NCBI GenBank assembly: GCA_963832745.1 | Contig: CAWHVC010000002.1 | Span: forward strand, 32,001-96,000 | Source of the DNA: Candidatus Bathyarchaeota archaeon | GTDB lineage: Archaea; Thermoproteota; Bathyarchaeia; Bathyarchaeales; Bathycorpusculaceae | DNA length: 64,000 nucleotides | Direction of reading: 5' to 3' | Shown here: positions 30,729 through 41,047 of the stretch, one piece after another | How the letters are laid out: each line of letters starts with the position of its first letter | How positions within the stretch are numbered: the first letter of the stretch is position 1 | The notes under the pieces: model-generated | Told to the model about the DNA's origin: nothing | Databases searched by the model: none | The model's input: only the letters and a program-made list of their open reading frames with translations | Position numbers and translations under genes: made by a program

Positions 30729-33146
30729 TCATTTAATTAGACGTTGCAAGATGATGTGTGCTGCCTTTTTATCTAATGGTTCGTTCCCGTTTCCGCATTT
30801 AGGCGAGTATATGCATGATGGACAACCTTCTTTGCATTCACAGGTTTCAATCAACTTTAACGTTTTTTCTAGTAGCGGTTTTATGTTTGAATATAGGTTT
30901 TCTGAAATACCAATTCCCCCCTCAAAACCATCGTAAATAAAGATTGTTGGTTTTCCTGTGTCCGTATGTTCGGCTGTTGACATTCCGCCTATATCCCATC
31001 GGTCACACATTGCAAACATTGGCGCCATGGCAATAATGGCATGTTCAAGAGCATGCAATCCACCGGCGAAATTCAAGCCTTTATCTTCAATTTCTTCTCT
31101 GATCTGTTCAGGAACAATAATCCACATACCTACCGTTGAGAAAGACGAAGAGGGCAAATCAAGCGTATGTTTTTTGATGATTACATCGTTGGATTTTACT
31201 ACATATGAAGGATAATTTTCAGTGATTGTTAATTCGCCCAAAGCAGTTTTGAGGTCTTTTTGCGTTTCCTCCACTGTTTTCTTGATTGCTACTTCGACGG
31301 CTTTTTGGGTTTCAGTATAATAGTTGGTGCTCTCTTTCCGAACCTTTGCAGTGAAATTGTTGATATTTAGTTCTTCTGAGCGGTAGGTTTCGCCTTGATG
31401 TAGAAGAATTGCTCCCGCATGTGTTTCTTCATAAGCCTTGTTTAAGGGAAGTGTTTCGAGAACATGTCCATTGCATAGTACATTCACTGTTTTTCCGCTA
31501 ATACTTTCAAGATTAACAACCATTGTTGCCCTTTCCAGCCCAGAGTAAGTCCAACCATGAGCAGTTTTTTTCAGAAAGTTTTTTTGCGCAAGGGCTTGAA
31601 CGCTTTCTTTGAAGAGCTCTGGAAAATATTTTTGGTCAGAATCGGTAAGCGGCAACTCGTCAGCTGCACACATAAGGTGGCCTGAAGTAATTTGCCGATT
31701 ATGCAGATTAATTATTGCTTGCTCATGCGGTCTATCAAAGAACTCTTGTGGATGCTTCATAAAATATTGATCAAGAGGATTTTGGAAAGCAACCAAAGTT
31801 ACGGTTGACTCATTTTTGTTTCTACCTGCACGTCCAGCTTGCTGCCACGTAGATATGACTGTCCCCGGGTAACCCGAAATTATCACTGAGTCCAAAGAAC
31901 CTATATCAATACCAAGCTCTAACGCATTTGTAGAAACCAAACCGATTAAGTCCTTGGTTTTTAAACGATTCTCTATGTCACGTCGTTCCTGAGCAAGGTA
32001 GCCTGCCCTGTAGGCAGTTACTGAACCGTAAAGCTTAGGGTTTCTTCGTTTTAGGTCTTCTTTAGTCCATCTAGTTATAAGCTCAGCCATTTGTCGTGAG
32101 GTTGTAAAGCAGAGGGTTTGCAAGTTTTTAATTACGTTTACAGTTAGAAGGTCTTTAGTTTCTTGATGTGTTGATCGGCGAATTGTTTTTGCTGGATTAA
32201 TGAAAGGCGGATTCCAAAATATGAATGATTTTTTTCCTCTTGGGGAGCCATCGTTTGAGATTATTTCAAAATCTTTTCCAGTTAGTTTCTTTGCGTGTTC
32301 TTGCGGATTAGCTATGGTTGCTGATGAGAGTATGATTTGAGGGTCTGCATGGTAAAAATTGCAGATTCTTAGCAGTCTTCTTAGTAGCATGGCGACGTTT
32401 GAACCAAATACGCCTCGGTAAACATGCGCTTCATCAAGCACAATGAACTTTAAGTTTTGAAAAAAACCTCGCCAGAGCTTATGCCACGGAAGGTATAGAT
32501 GCAAACCATAAGGGTTAGTCAAAATTATTCTGGAATTTTCTCGTATAAATGCACGCTGCTCCTTTGGTGTGTCACCATCGTAAACGTTAGAATCTGCTTT
32601 AATGCCCGTGCCTTCCTCGATTTCCAGTAAAACTTTTAGTTGATCATTTGTTAGAGCTTTCGAGGGATAAATGTAGAGTGCCGTTGCTTTTGGGTCCCTT
32701 GTGAGGGCATCAAAAACAGGGATATTAAATGCCAAAGTTTTTCCTGAAGCCGTGTGGGTAGTAATAATCACGTTTTTGCCTTGCCGTGCTTTGTTTATGG
32801 CTTCTGCCTGATGACAATAGAATTTAATTTTCATGTTTAGCAAATAATTACTTATATTTTCTGGAAGAGCTTCTTCCAGTTCTCCGAAACATGCGTCTTG
32901 TGCAGGAATTTCTTGAGTGTGCACAATAGGGTTTTGGGAGGATTGCACTATTTGCGGAATGGTTTCTTTCTTTGGTAAGTTTACTGGTTTAGTTTGTGAC
33001 GTATTATTGATTGAGGGATGTCTGAAATTATTTGGTTTGCTGCCTCGTGTAAGAAAGCTGCCGCATTCTTTGCAGAATAAACTCTGGGAGTATTCCTGAT
33101 GACTGTGGATTTTGCCACATTTTTTGCAATAGTAAGAAATCGGCAA
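30729..33146 (-). CDS. Hrq1/YprA(MrfA)/SftH-type SF2 helicase with DUF1998 domain
   Basis: TASGKT, DEAH, SAT, QQAGRAGR; C-terminal CECKEGCPSC; extra N-terminal CxxC..CxxC. Confidence 0.92.
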   Translation of the reverse strand: MPISYYCKKCGKIHSHQEYSQSLFCKECGSFLTRGSKPNNFRHPSINNTSQTKPVNLPKKETIPQIVQSSQNPIVHTQEIPAQDACFGELEEALPENISNYLLNMKIKFYCHQAEAINKARQGKNVIITTHTASGKTLAFNIPVFDALTRDPKATALYIYPSKALTNDQLKVLLEIEEGTGIKADSNVYDGDTPKEQRAFIRENSRIILTNPYGLHLYLPWHKLWRGFFQNLKFIVLDEAHVYRGVFGSNVAMLLRRLLRICNFYHADPQIILSSATIANPQEHAKKLTGKDFEIISNDGSPRGKKSFIFWNPPFINPAKTIRRSTHQETKDLLTVNVIKNLQTLCFTTSRQMAELITRWTKEDLKRRNPKLYGSVTAYRAGYLAQERRDIENRLKTKDLIGLVSTNALELGIDIGSLDSVIISGYPGTVISTWQQAGRAGRNKNESTVTLVAFQNPLDQYFMKHPQEFFDRPHEQAIINLHNRQITSGHLMCAADELPLTDSDQKYFPELFKESVQALAQKNFLKKTAHGWTYSGLERATMVVNLESISGKTVNVLCNGHVLETLPLNKAYEETHAGAILLHQGETYRSEELNINNFTAKVRKESTNYYTETQKAVEVAIKKTVEETQKDLKTALGELTITENYPSYVVKSNDVIIKKHTLDLPSSSFSTVGMWIIVPEQIREEIEDKGLNFAGGLHALEHAIIAMAPMFAMCDRWDIGGMSTAEHTDTGKPTIFIYDGFEGGIGISENLYSNIKPLLEKTLKLIETCECKEGCPSCIYSPKCGNGNEPLDKKAAHIILQRLIK

Positions 33147-33261
33147 CTTTTTCCAGCTACAACTACTTTTATTGTTATAAAAGCGCTATTGCAGAAATCC
33201 GCTTTTTACTCATTTAAGTGCTGGAAAAGGGGGCAATGCTCCAAAACCTGTTTGTTTTAAT

Positions 33262-33282
33262 TGGTGCAGGGGGTGGGATTCG
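33262..33282 (-). repeat. att site: 21-bp copy of tRNA-Leu 3' end
   Basis: TGGTGCAGGGGGTGGGATTCG identical to 56801-56821. Confidence 0.93.
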
Positions 33283-33411
33283 GACCTCCAAAAAGCTACT
33301 GCTTCTTTGGGTCAGTCGTCAGTGGCGATGTTTCTCCGCAGCTTCTCTCCCTTTTTTCTTTTTCAGAGCGCTAAAAAATTCACTTGTTTCTTTTTTCAAG
33401 GAGGTTTCTGA

Positions 33412-33615
33412 TTGAAAGACGACTCCTTGAGTGTTGTTTATCGCCGTGGGAACAACGGTCAACTTTACGTTTGGCTATACCGTGGAAAGCTTCACCTGGG
33501 TACAGTTGAGGTTAACAACTTTAACTGCTTGACTGTTTTTCGGGGAAAGGGCAATCGCTCGCCTATTTTTATGAAGTATTTTCCAGCGGAGCCTCTACTG
33601 GAGAAAACGCCATGA
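33412..33615 (+). CDS. Small hypothetical element protein
   Basis: 67-aa ORF with AGGAGGT SD upstream of TTG. Confidence 0.5.
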   Translation: MKDDSLSVVYRRGNNGQLYVWLYRGKLHLGTVEVNNFNCLTVFRGKGNRSPIFMKYFPAEPLLEKTP

Positions 33616-33740
33616 CTAATATGCCCAAAACAGACCAAAGAGGTTACTGCATTTTTTGGTGTGAACGCTGCCCTGGCTTGGCTTTGAGTAGTAACCGCTC
33701 AGTTAACCGGCTGGAGCTTTTCATTTAGGAGTTGTTTTTT

Positions 33741-34720
33741 GTGGCCGCTGATCGAACCGTTGAACCCAATTCACGTAAACAAGTTCAACAGTTCAAGGGC
33801 AAAATTGAACTCTTAGGGTTCTCACAGCGAGGCCTGAAGATACTTCGCATTTTAGGTACGCCTGACTGCACCGTAGCGATGCCGCCAAGATAGTTGGGTG
33901 CTCAAAGAGCCTGGTTTCCCATTGGAAGGACCATGCCCTAAAAGTTGGCGCCTTACGGTTGCAGATCGATGGGATAGTAAAGTATTATGAGTTAACGCTT
34001 TTTGGAGCTAAACTTCTTGCGAGTTCAACGGATTTCACTACGGGTGAGAGCTGTTGCGCGATGGGTACAGTGCATGTCTTGGAGGATCATGCAATGAAAT
34101 TTGAGCTTCTCAAGGAAGAAGACAAGTCTCATCCTATCGATTGGGAAAAGCTTGGCAAGCCACGTAATTGGGTTAAGCTGGGCTTTAAGCTTGGAAATGT
34201 CCGGGTAGTTAGAACTTCACAGCATATTATTATTCATCCGGGGAAGCTTCGGGATTTTAATGCTGATCGTCTTTTGGTTATGGCTGGTGAGATTGTTGGT
34301 CGGGTTCGTTTGGAGCTTATGCCGCGGTTTGGTATGGTTCTAGGTGAGGAGGGTATTCCAGTGCATGATCCTATTTGGGAAGTTTTCACTCCAGAGGCTG
34401 AAGCACTAAATGGCGCTGGAACATTCAAGGTGCACATGGCTGAGGGTGCTATAGGCGGGTTGGATAATAGTCCGCCTGATCGCAAAAGGCATTTTGAGTA
34501 TAATCGAAAAGAGTTAGCGGTGGCGGCTGTACGTAGTCCGGAGCTTTTTGTAGAGTTAGCTCAAAAAGTGGAAGTGTTGATTCAGACTGTAAGTGGTTTG
34601 GTTACTGTTAACGAGAAGCTGGTTGGTTTACTTACTCAAGCTTTCGGTTTAGTGGGCGAGGGCGAAAATGGTAACAAAGCAGTGAGGGTTGGAGATGGGG
34701 TGAACAGCTATGTCTCTTAG
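33741..34720 (+). pseudogene. HTH-containing element core protein (possible replication initiator), frameshift at ~33875
   Basis: GTG start after AGGAG; frame upstream of 33959 reads DAAKIVGCSKSLVSHW (HTH); one added base gives ~326 aa. Confidence 0.55.
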
Positions 34721-34902
34721 ACGGGTTAGGGCGTTTTTGGCTGTTAAAACCTGTTCAAAAGCCATTTTGGCACTATGTCGAGGGTATGGGAAAAGTCCAT
34801 GCTTTTTGGAAGTTGCTTTTCTACGATTGCTTGGTGTAGATGTCCGAATGCTAAAAGTGCTGTGCGTTTATGGAGTGAAAACCTTGGAGTGTGCATTTTG
34901 GC

Positions 34903-35428
34903 ATGGAAGCAAGCGATGAACCTGTTCAAAACACGGCAACTTTAGCCCAAAAGGAATCGAAAAAGAAACGTAGCCAAGCTGACAAGGTTGGAAAGCTCAA
35001 GTACCTGCTTGCCAAGGACAAGAAACTCGACCGAGACGTAGCCGAAATAAAACTCTTGCTTAAGGTAATCTTTGCTGGATTGAAAGATTCCTTGCATTTT
35101 GAGAAGTCGCTTATTGAAGAGGCGGCCTGCCAAGACGAGGTTGACAAAGCCATTCTTCAGCTGCTGTTTGAAGCGGGGCGCTCCTGGGATGTTGCCTAAA
35201 GACATAGCCGCCAAATTAACTGAATTCAAGATTGCCCGGCATCAAGTGACTCGACGCATTGTTCGCATGAATAAGCGGCTGGCTAAGGAGTTGGATTCAG
35301 CGGTTGTTGAGCGGCGAGGTTGGTGCTGGGCTATGACAAGCTTTGGGGTAGATGCTTACAAGGCATCAGAGAAGGACTTACTAGCCGAAGGTGTAACTAT
35401 GCATAGCGCTTCTGAAGAGGAGACATAG
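34903..35428 (+). pseudogene. Coiled-coil + winged-helix protein split at a G-run (~35177)
   Basis: VDKAILQLLFEAG joins APGMLPKDIAAKL...RHQVTRRI if one G is removed. Confidence 0.65.
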
Positions 35429-35431
35429 TTA

Positions 35432-35617
35432 ATGGCGTTGACGGAGCGGGAGCGGAAGATTTTGCAGTTAAACGCAGAGGGTCTAAGTGATTATCAGATT
35501 GCCAAAAAGCTGAAGATAGAAACACCGAATGTCTACCGCGCTCGAAAAACTGCATTCAGAAAAATAGATTGCGCTAGGACCGATTTGTCATTTGTTGACA
35601 ACTTAAAACGCAAATAA
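35432..35617 (+). CDS. LuxR/sigma-region-4-like HTH protein
   Basis: LTERERKILQLNAEGLSDYQIAKKL. Confidence 0.8.
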   Translation: MALTERERKILQLNAEGLSDYQIAKKLKIETPNVYRARKTAFRKIDCARTDLSFVDNLKRK

Positions 35618-35645
35618 CTTTGTATAAAAAAGAAGAGAGTAAGAC

Positions 35646-35810
35646 TTAATCGTCATCATCGTCTTCGTTTTCTTCACGTTGGTTTTCCCGGTTTTCTTGG
35701 TCTGCATCATAAGCATCGTTGTTCGGATTCTTAACGTCAGACCTATCGTCGTTCGGGCTTCTGTCTGGGCTACTACCGCCCCGACCGCCACCACCATGAC
35801 CACGTCCCAT
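35646..35810 (-). CDS. 54-aa Gly-rich/acidic micro-protein (absent from ORF track)
   Basis: MGRGHGGGGRGGSSPDRSPNDDRSDVKNPNNDAYDADQENRENQREENEDDDDD*; GAGGCG SD-like upstream. Confidence 0.65.
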   Translation of the reverse strand: MGRGHGGGGRGGSSPDRSPNDDRSDVKNPNNDAYDADQENRENQREENEDDDDD

Positions 35811-35939
35811 TTTGATTATCGCCTCAAAAGCAAAAGAGTTAGCGCATATAATTAAATGTTAACTGAGCTTGCTTTATTAAATTGGTCATGAAAAAAGAGT
35901 GATTATGTATTTTATTATGATCTAATGTGAAAAATGTTA

Positions 35940-36625
35940 TCAACTTTCTTGTTTTGTAAAGCGATTGAAGCTCTGGCTGAACTGCGATACCTGGTTACAC
36001 AAAATTGCTATAGTTAGTTTTCCGATTAATGGTGCTATCCAATGTGGTCCAGAAGAACCTGTGCTCTCGAACAAACGTATGTTTTGCCTTTCATCTGCTA
36101 TCCAAGTTTTGCTGTTTTTAAAGAAAGTAGAATAGTCGTTGCTCCCAAAGAAGAAAAGCCAGTCAGGGTTAAATTTTGTAACTGTTGAATCAATAATGTT
36201 GCTAAGGCTGTCTTTCCATTGATTAGTTGTGTATGAGATCTTATTTTGATAGGCGATAGTTCGATTGAAGGATGCTTGATAGCTCATTGCAGGTTCTAAT
36301 GCATGAATTATGCCATATCCTGCCGAAAGGAAAAGCCATGAGAGATTGTTTGAAGTTATCCGCCGTTTTAATTGATTTCTATAATTTGGTGTTAGCTGTC
36401 GGTAAGCAAAGCCTGTCTGGGTGTATAGGTCAAAAGCGTATGTTGTTTTGTTCCAGCTTTTGTACTAGGGTTTTTGAAGATCGTTTCACGGGTTTGCTTT
36501 AGCTGTCTGACAAGATGATCATCATTTAGGTAATCAACTGGAGTGACGCGATAGGCATTATCTGAAATTGGAATTGAGTCATTCTTACTGGCCGAGCAAC
36601 ATGATATAATGATAATACGTTCCAA
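35940..36625 (-). pseudogene. YaaA/DUF6884-like protein with two frameshifts
   Basis: Joined frames: ISCCSASK ... YAFDLY..TG.AY ... FLSAGYGII.A.E...YQASF. Confidence 0.55.
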
Positions 36626-36626
36626 T

Positions 36627-37637
36627 CTATTGCATACCTCTATGCTCCATGTTCCATTGGGCTACTTTTTCTCTATACTCTTCTCCGTGAATGCCCTGTT
36701 GTTTAAGTTGATCGATAAATGCTCGGAAGTCGGCTTGTTGCTTGGTAATTTGTGGCTCTGTTGTTTTGAATATGATTGGTTTATCTTCGATCACTATACC
36801 TCTTGTTTCTTCGTTATTTCTTGTTCCTACCTCCATACCGGTTTTAGCTGGGTCGAATGCAGTGAATTTTTTTGGGCAAATTCCATGGAAGATGCAACCT
36901 ATACAGTTAGGATTGACAGGGTAACAATGACCGCCATCTCGGCGCATTCTTCCTGTACTCCATAGCGGTTCGTCTACAATCCATACATTTGAGGGAAATG
37001 CCTTTCTGACAAGTGCTTGAATCTTGATGTCGCCAGGGCTACTATCACCAGTATATTTGTCTAAAGATGGGTCAATTATTCCCAACCGAGAAGTAACACG
37101 GTAGACTAGTCTATCAATGGGGCTTTTGTAATTGGTCATATCTATGGGTATCGCTGGGACAAGTTCATGTAACCATCGCACAGCAAGCCTAGAAGTTTTA
37201 ACGCCCAGGTCAGGTGCCTTACCATCATGCAGCATAAAATAGAGTAATTCTGAAGCATCCCAACGTTTCTTCTTAACTATTTCAGTAGCCAGTTGCCGCA
37301 AGAAAGGCAAAGCAGTGATAAAAGCCTCAGTCCATGATTCCGAATTGTCATATTGGGTGCCATTTAATAATGGAATATCTTTTTTACAAAGAGTCTTTCT
37401 TAGAGCGCCTCGCCTAACAACAGCGATTGTATTTGCTAGTGCTTGGTCAGCTGTTGTTACTTGATCGAAGCGAGAGTCTATTAGGACTGCTAAGATTCGT
37501 TCATGGGTGTCTTGAAAATTACCCTCAAGTTCTTGTTGCCGGAACCATTGCATAAAAGGGTCAGGTTGTCTTTTATTATTATACGCTCTAATAATGCTCT
37601 GAAATCGTTCAAGCCAATCATTGCCTGTGGAGTCCAT
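36627..37637 (-). CDS. Divergent HhH-GPD (EndoIII-like) DNA glycosylase with Fe-S motif
   Basis: PDLGVKTSRL (HhH), PIDRLVYRVTSRLGI, CYPVNPNCIGCIFHGIC. Confidence 0.75.
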   Translation of the reverse strand: MDSTGNDWLERFQSIIRAYNNKRQPDPFMQWFRQQELEGNFQDTHERILAVLIDSRFDQVTTADQALANTIAVVRRGALRKTLCKKDIPLLNGTQYDNSESWTEAFITALPFLRQLATEIVKKKRWDASELLYFMLHDGKAPDLGVKTSRLAVRWLHELVPAIPIDMTNYKSPIDRLVYRVTSRLGIIDPSLDKYTGDSSPGDIKIQALVRKAFPSNVWIVDEPLWSTGRMRRDGGHCYPVNPNCIGCIFHGICPKKFTAFDPAKTGMEVGTRNNEETRGIVIEDKPIIFKTTEPQITKQQADFRAFIDQLKQQGIHGEEYREKVAQWNMEHRGMQ

Positions 37638-37739
37638 GCTAATACTTGTCTGTTTGAATTAAAAACTAACGTTTCTGATCTTATCCGTTTTATCTGTTGA
37701 TTTAACATTATCCTGCTTTTGATACTATCCTGTTTAGGC

Positions 37740-38080
37740 TCTCAAGCCATTAAAGCTGTGCGTTCAAAGGCTAAAGCGTCTTTGGCTTGCTTGATGATGA
37801 CCATAAGAAAAAAAATCGCTGTTCATCATCATCTATTACAGCTAAGCTTATTTTGCCCAAGGAGCTGTTTAGTGTTAAGGGGATCCTAAAGGATCTACGT
37901 TCTGCTGTGATGGGCTTAAAGGCGCCTGGATTGGATAAGACTGAGGTCATCGTTTGGGGGGGATTATTGCGGATTTTAAGGTGTACTAGGAGATGCTTGT
38001 TGGTTACATTGATTATCGTGGTATTGAGGCTGAGTTAATGGCGTGGAAGGTGAAATGTGCTGACCTGTCAAAGGCTATGG
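37740..38080 (+). pseudogene. Degraded remnant of a helical element protein
   Basis: Protein-like fragments across frames (LILPKEL...PGLDKTEV... KVY*EMLVGYIDYRGIEAEL) with stops and shifts. Confidence 0.35.
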
Positions 38081-38141
38081 GAGGTTTGGCAAAACGGGTT
38101 GGTTGAAGAGTGTTTTTGTTGTCTTGTTGTTAAGGCTTAAA

Positions 38142-38194
38142 TGTGACTTTATGATTTATATCATAACATCACAAAAAAGTGATATTGTGATATA
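38142..38194. promoter_or_regulatory. Inverted-repeat operator upstream of the AbiE operon
   Basis: TATATCATAACATCAC-N6-GTGATATTGTGATATA (14/16) ending 2 nt before the ATG, plus an overlapping upstream IR. Confidence 0.6.
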
Positions 38195-38195
38195 A

Positions 38196-38837
38196 ATGAT
38201 AAAATCCAATTTCCTACTAAAGAAACTAAACATAGATAAAAAAGAATTCATCACCTCAGAAGAACTAAAGCATTACTGCAAATCAATGAATCTAAACTAC
38301 GAGATAACAATAAGACACCTACTTTCCCGAGGATACTTAATCCGAATTTTTAAAGGAATATTCTACATAAAATCCCTAGAAGAAACAAAACTCGGCAAAA
38401 CCAAATACAATAATCTAGGACTGGTCGCCAAAGGCCTAGAACTCAAAAGCGTCAAAAACTGGTACTTCGGATTATACACAGCCCTAAAATTCAACAACAT
38501 GACACACGAGTCCTTTTCTGTTGATTACGTGGTCAATGACAAACTGTTGCGGTCTAAGCCCATAAACATCGCTGGATACAAGTACAGATTCATCAAGCTA
38601 TCACCAAAACTTTTACAATTTGGCATAATCGATGACAATCTGAGGTATTCGGATCCTGAGAAAACTATTTTGGATTTTATTTATACTTGGCGATATAATG
38701 GCGTTCCAAGGGAGAAGATAATTCTTGACGTTTCAGATTGGGCTAAGGACATATCAGGTGAAAAAACCATAAGGTATGCAGGTAACTATCCAAAAACAGT
38801 CCGAGAAATCGCTCACGAGGTGCTTAGATGCGAATAG
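38196..38837 (+). CDS. abiEi: Type IV TA antitoxin (AbiEi-like)
   Basis: wHTH LIRIFKGIFY; YFGLYTAL; SDPEKTILD; overlaps toxin gene. Confidence 0.8.
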   Translation: MIKSNFLLKKLNIDKKEFITSEELKHYCKSMNLNYEITIRHLLSRGYLIRIFKGIFYIKSLEETKLGKTKYNNLGLVAKGLELKSVKNWYFGLYTALKFNNMTHESFSVDYVVNDKLLRSKPINIAGYKYRFIKLSPKLLQFGIIDDNLRYSDPEKTILDFIYTWRYNGVPREKIILDVSDWAKDISGEKTIRYAGNYPKTVREIAHEVLRCE

Positions 38838-39769
38838 ACTTTGTAAATGAAGTAGCTAGAACGCAAAACGTCAAGAGAGCAGATTTGATAGAGAAAGACC
38901 TTATCCTTCACCAAGTGCTCATCGACCTGTCTAAGAATAAATTTTTCCATGAAAATTTTGCTTTCAAAGGTGGCACCTGTTTAGCTAAATGCTACCTTGA
39001 TTACTTTAGGTTCTCTGAAGACATCGATTTTACTTGGAAACATCAAGACGCATTTGACGGCAAATCTCAAAAAGAAATCCGGCGGTATTTGTCAACTGTC
39101 ATCGATAACATTGGAAAAATCTTTGAAGACATAGCTCAAACGCGTGGTCTGGATTTCAGATGTATGAAGGATAACAGCGACTTTGTTGAGCTTACTGGAA
39201 ATGACAAAATGTGCACATTCAAGCTTTGGTACCAGTCTGAAGCACTCGGTCGCAGGACCTTTTTAAAAGTTCAAATTAATTTTGTTGAAAAAATATGTTA
39301 CCAATTGAAAGGTGGGAAATTGAAAAGTCTAATTTCTAAAAAACAAGAGGAACTCTTTTTACTTTTCCCAGAGTACAAAGAATACACTGAAGAAATAGAT
39401 TTTGATATTTACGATCCTCAGGAAATCTTGTCAGAAAAAATTCGAGCAATACTTACTCGTAAAGGCGCAAAAGCAAGAGACTACCTTGATGTGTACTTAA
39501 TTGAGAAGAATTTTGATATTCCATTGGATGCAATTTTTGATTGTACCGTAGAGAAGACCAGATTCATTCTCAACTTATACGCAAGGTATAGGGATAATTT
39601 AGAAAAGAAGAAGACTGCAATTATGTCCACACCTTTTAATTGGGGTGAAGAGAAAGGACTGCTGTTAAAGGAAATCGATGAAAGTGCTTTCTACCAGTTC
39701 ATTGAGAAATTGCGGGCTTTCCTAAAGAAGGTTATAGAAAGTTTGCCTGAAATGGAAAAGAGCGGCTAA
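38828..39769 (+). CDS. abiEii: Type IV TA toxin, AbiEii nucleotidyltransferase
   Basis: IEKD, FKGGTCL, RFSEDIDF, EK.RA...R...RDYLD. Confidence 0.9.
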   Translation: MRIDFVNEVARTQNVKRADLIEKDLILHQVLIDLSKNKFFHENFAFKGGTCLAKCYLDYFRFSEDIDFTWKHQDAFDGKSQKEIRRYLSTVIDNIGKIFEDIAQTRGLDFRCMKDNSDFVELTGNDKMCTFKLWYQSEALGRRTFLKVQINFVEKICYQLKGGKLKSLISKKQEELFLLFPEYKEYTEEIDFDIYDPQEILSEKIRAILTRKGAKARDYLDVYLIEKNFDIPLDAIFDCTVEKTRFILNLYARYRDNLEKKKTAIMSTPFNWGEEKGLLLKEIDESAFYQFIEKLRAFLKKVIESLPEMEKSG

Positions 39770-40089
39770 TCCAATATTGTAATATAGTCTATCGAGAGGA
39801 CGTGTGGTCTTTTAGCGTGGACGTTACCTCATATCGCAAGGCCAATTCCCAAAGTTTAGACTGTTTAGAAGTAGTCGTCGGTGACGCCTATAGGGACTAC
39901 TACTTCTATTAAGAAAGAACACATCATCTTGGATGTTGATGACTGTAAGGAAAATTTTCCCCGGTCATCAACTACTAACCAAGTAGAAGAAGCACAAGGC
40001 CTATCATATTGTGTCATCTTCAGTTTTGAAAGGCAAAGCCAAATGTATGTTAAATGCCATAAATGAACATCTGATATGCACTCGCAGGA

Positions 40090-40850
40090 CCGCTGGAATT
40101 TAAATGGAGGTCCATATGGCAAAGGATGCTACTGGAGGACTGGATAATAGTCCGCCTAATCGGAAGCGCCATTTTGAATACAACCGAAAAGAACTGGCAG
40201 TAGCGGCTGTGCGGAGACCAGAGCTTTTTGTACAATTAGCGCAAAAAGTCAAAACACTCATTCAGGCGGTTAATGGTTTAGTTACAGTTAACGAGAAGCT
40301 GGTTGGTTTACTTACTGAATCTTTGGGTCTAGCGGGCGAAAACGGCAACAAAACCAGCAAGCTTGGAAACGAAGCAAACAGCTATGTCCGCTAAAATTGG
40401 ACCTTTAACATGCGCTAATGGCAGTAAAAATCTGTTCAAAAGCACTTCTATCACTATGCTGAGGGCATGGGAAAAGTCCATGCTTTTTGGGAGCCTCTTT
40501 TCTACGGTTGCTTGGTGTAGATTGCAGAGAGCTAAAAGCCCTGTGTGTTGATGGAGCGAAAAACTTGGAGTGTGCACTTTGACATGGAAACAAGCGAAAA
40601 ATCCGTTCAAAACACAGGATTTTCAGCCCAAAAAGAGCCAAAAAGGAAGCGCCGCCAAGCCGACAAGGTCGGAAAACTCAAAGTACCTTCTCGCCAAGGG
40701 ATAAGAAACTAGACCGCGATGTAGCCGAAATAAAGCTACTGCTTAAGGTTATCTTTACTGGCCTGAAAGAGCTAAAGGACTATCCGATTACAGATTGTCC
40801 GTAAGCTTAGTGTGGAAACGCCAAATGTAACCCGCTCTAAGAAAAACGCT
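40090..40850 (+). repeat. Diverged, decayed second copy of the element core module (34420-35090 and 35480-35560)
   Basis: GGLDNSPPNRKRHFEYNRKELAVAAVR vs GGLDNSPPDRKRHFEYNRKELAVAAVR; shared intergenic, wHTH 5' end and LuxR remnant. Confidence 0.85.
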
Positions 40851-41047
40851 TATTAAAATTTGATCATATGAGAGCGGGCATAGATTTTATAGGTGTGTAC
40901 CTGAAATAGTTCAGATCCCAGTAGTCCACGCTATTGAAAATAACAATGGTTTGCTAATCAAACATTTTTTCTTCGGCGATGTTACTAGCCTCTGCACAAA
41001 GTTCAAATTATTAATTGGTGGCATAGATAACTACTTGGAGGCTCTCG

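Noticed and set aside
30729-33146. DISARM/Dpd system based on the DUF1998 helicase
   Set aside because: Single-chain Hrq1/YprA-type with no drm, dpd or methylase neighbours
33218-33415. 65-aa ORF over the att site (also 56688-56987 and 56672-56890 over tRNA-Leu)
   Set aside because: Translations of tRNA sequence (GAGGGIRT); no independent coding signal
35603-35803. Track ORF MVMVVAVGAVV...
   Set aside because: Alternative frame of the 35646-35810 micro-gene, which has the better start context
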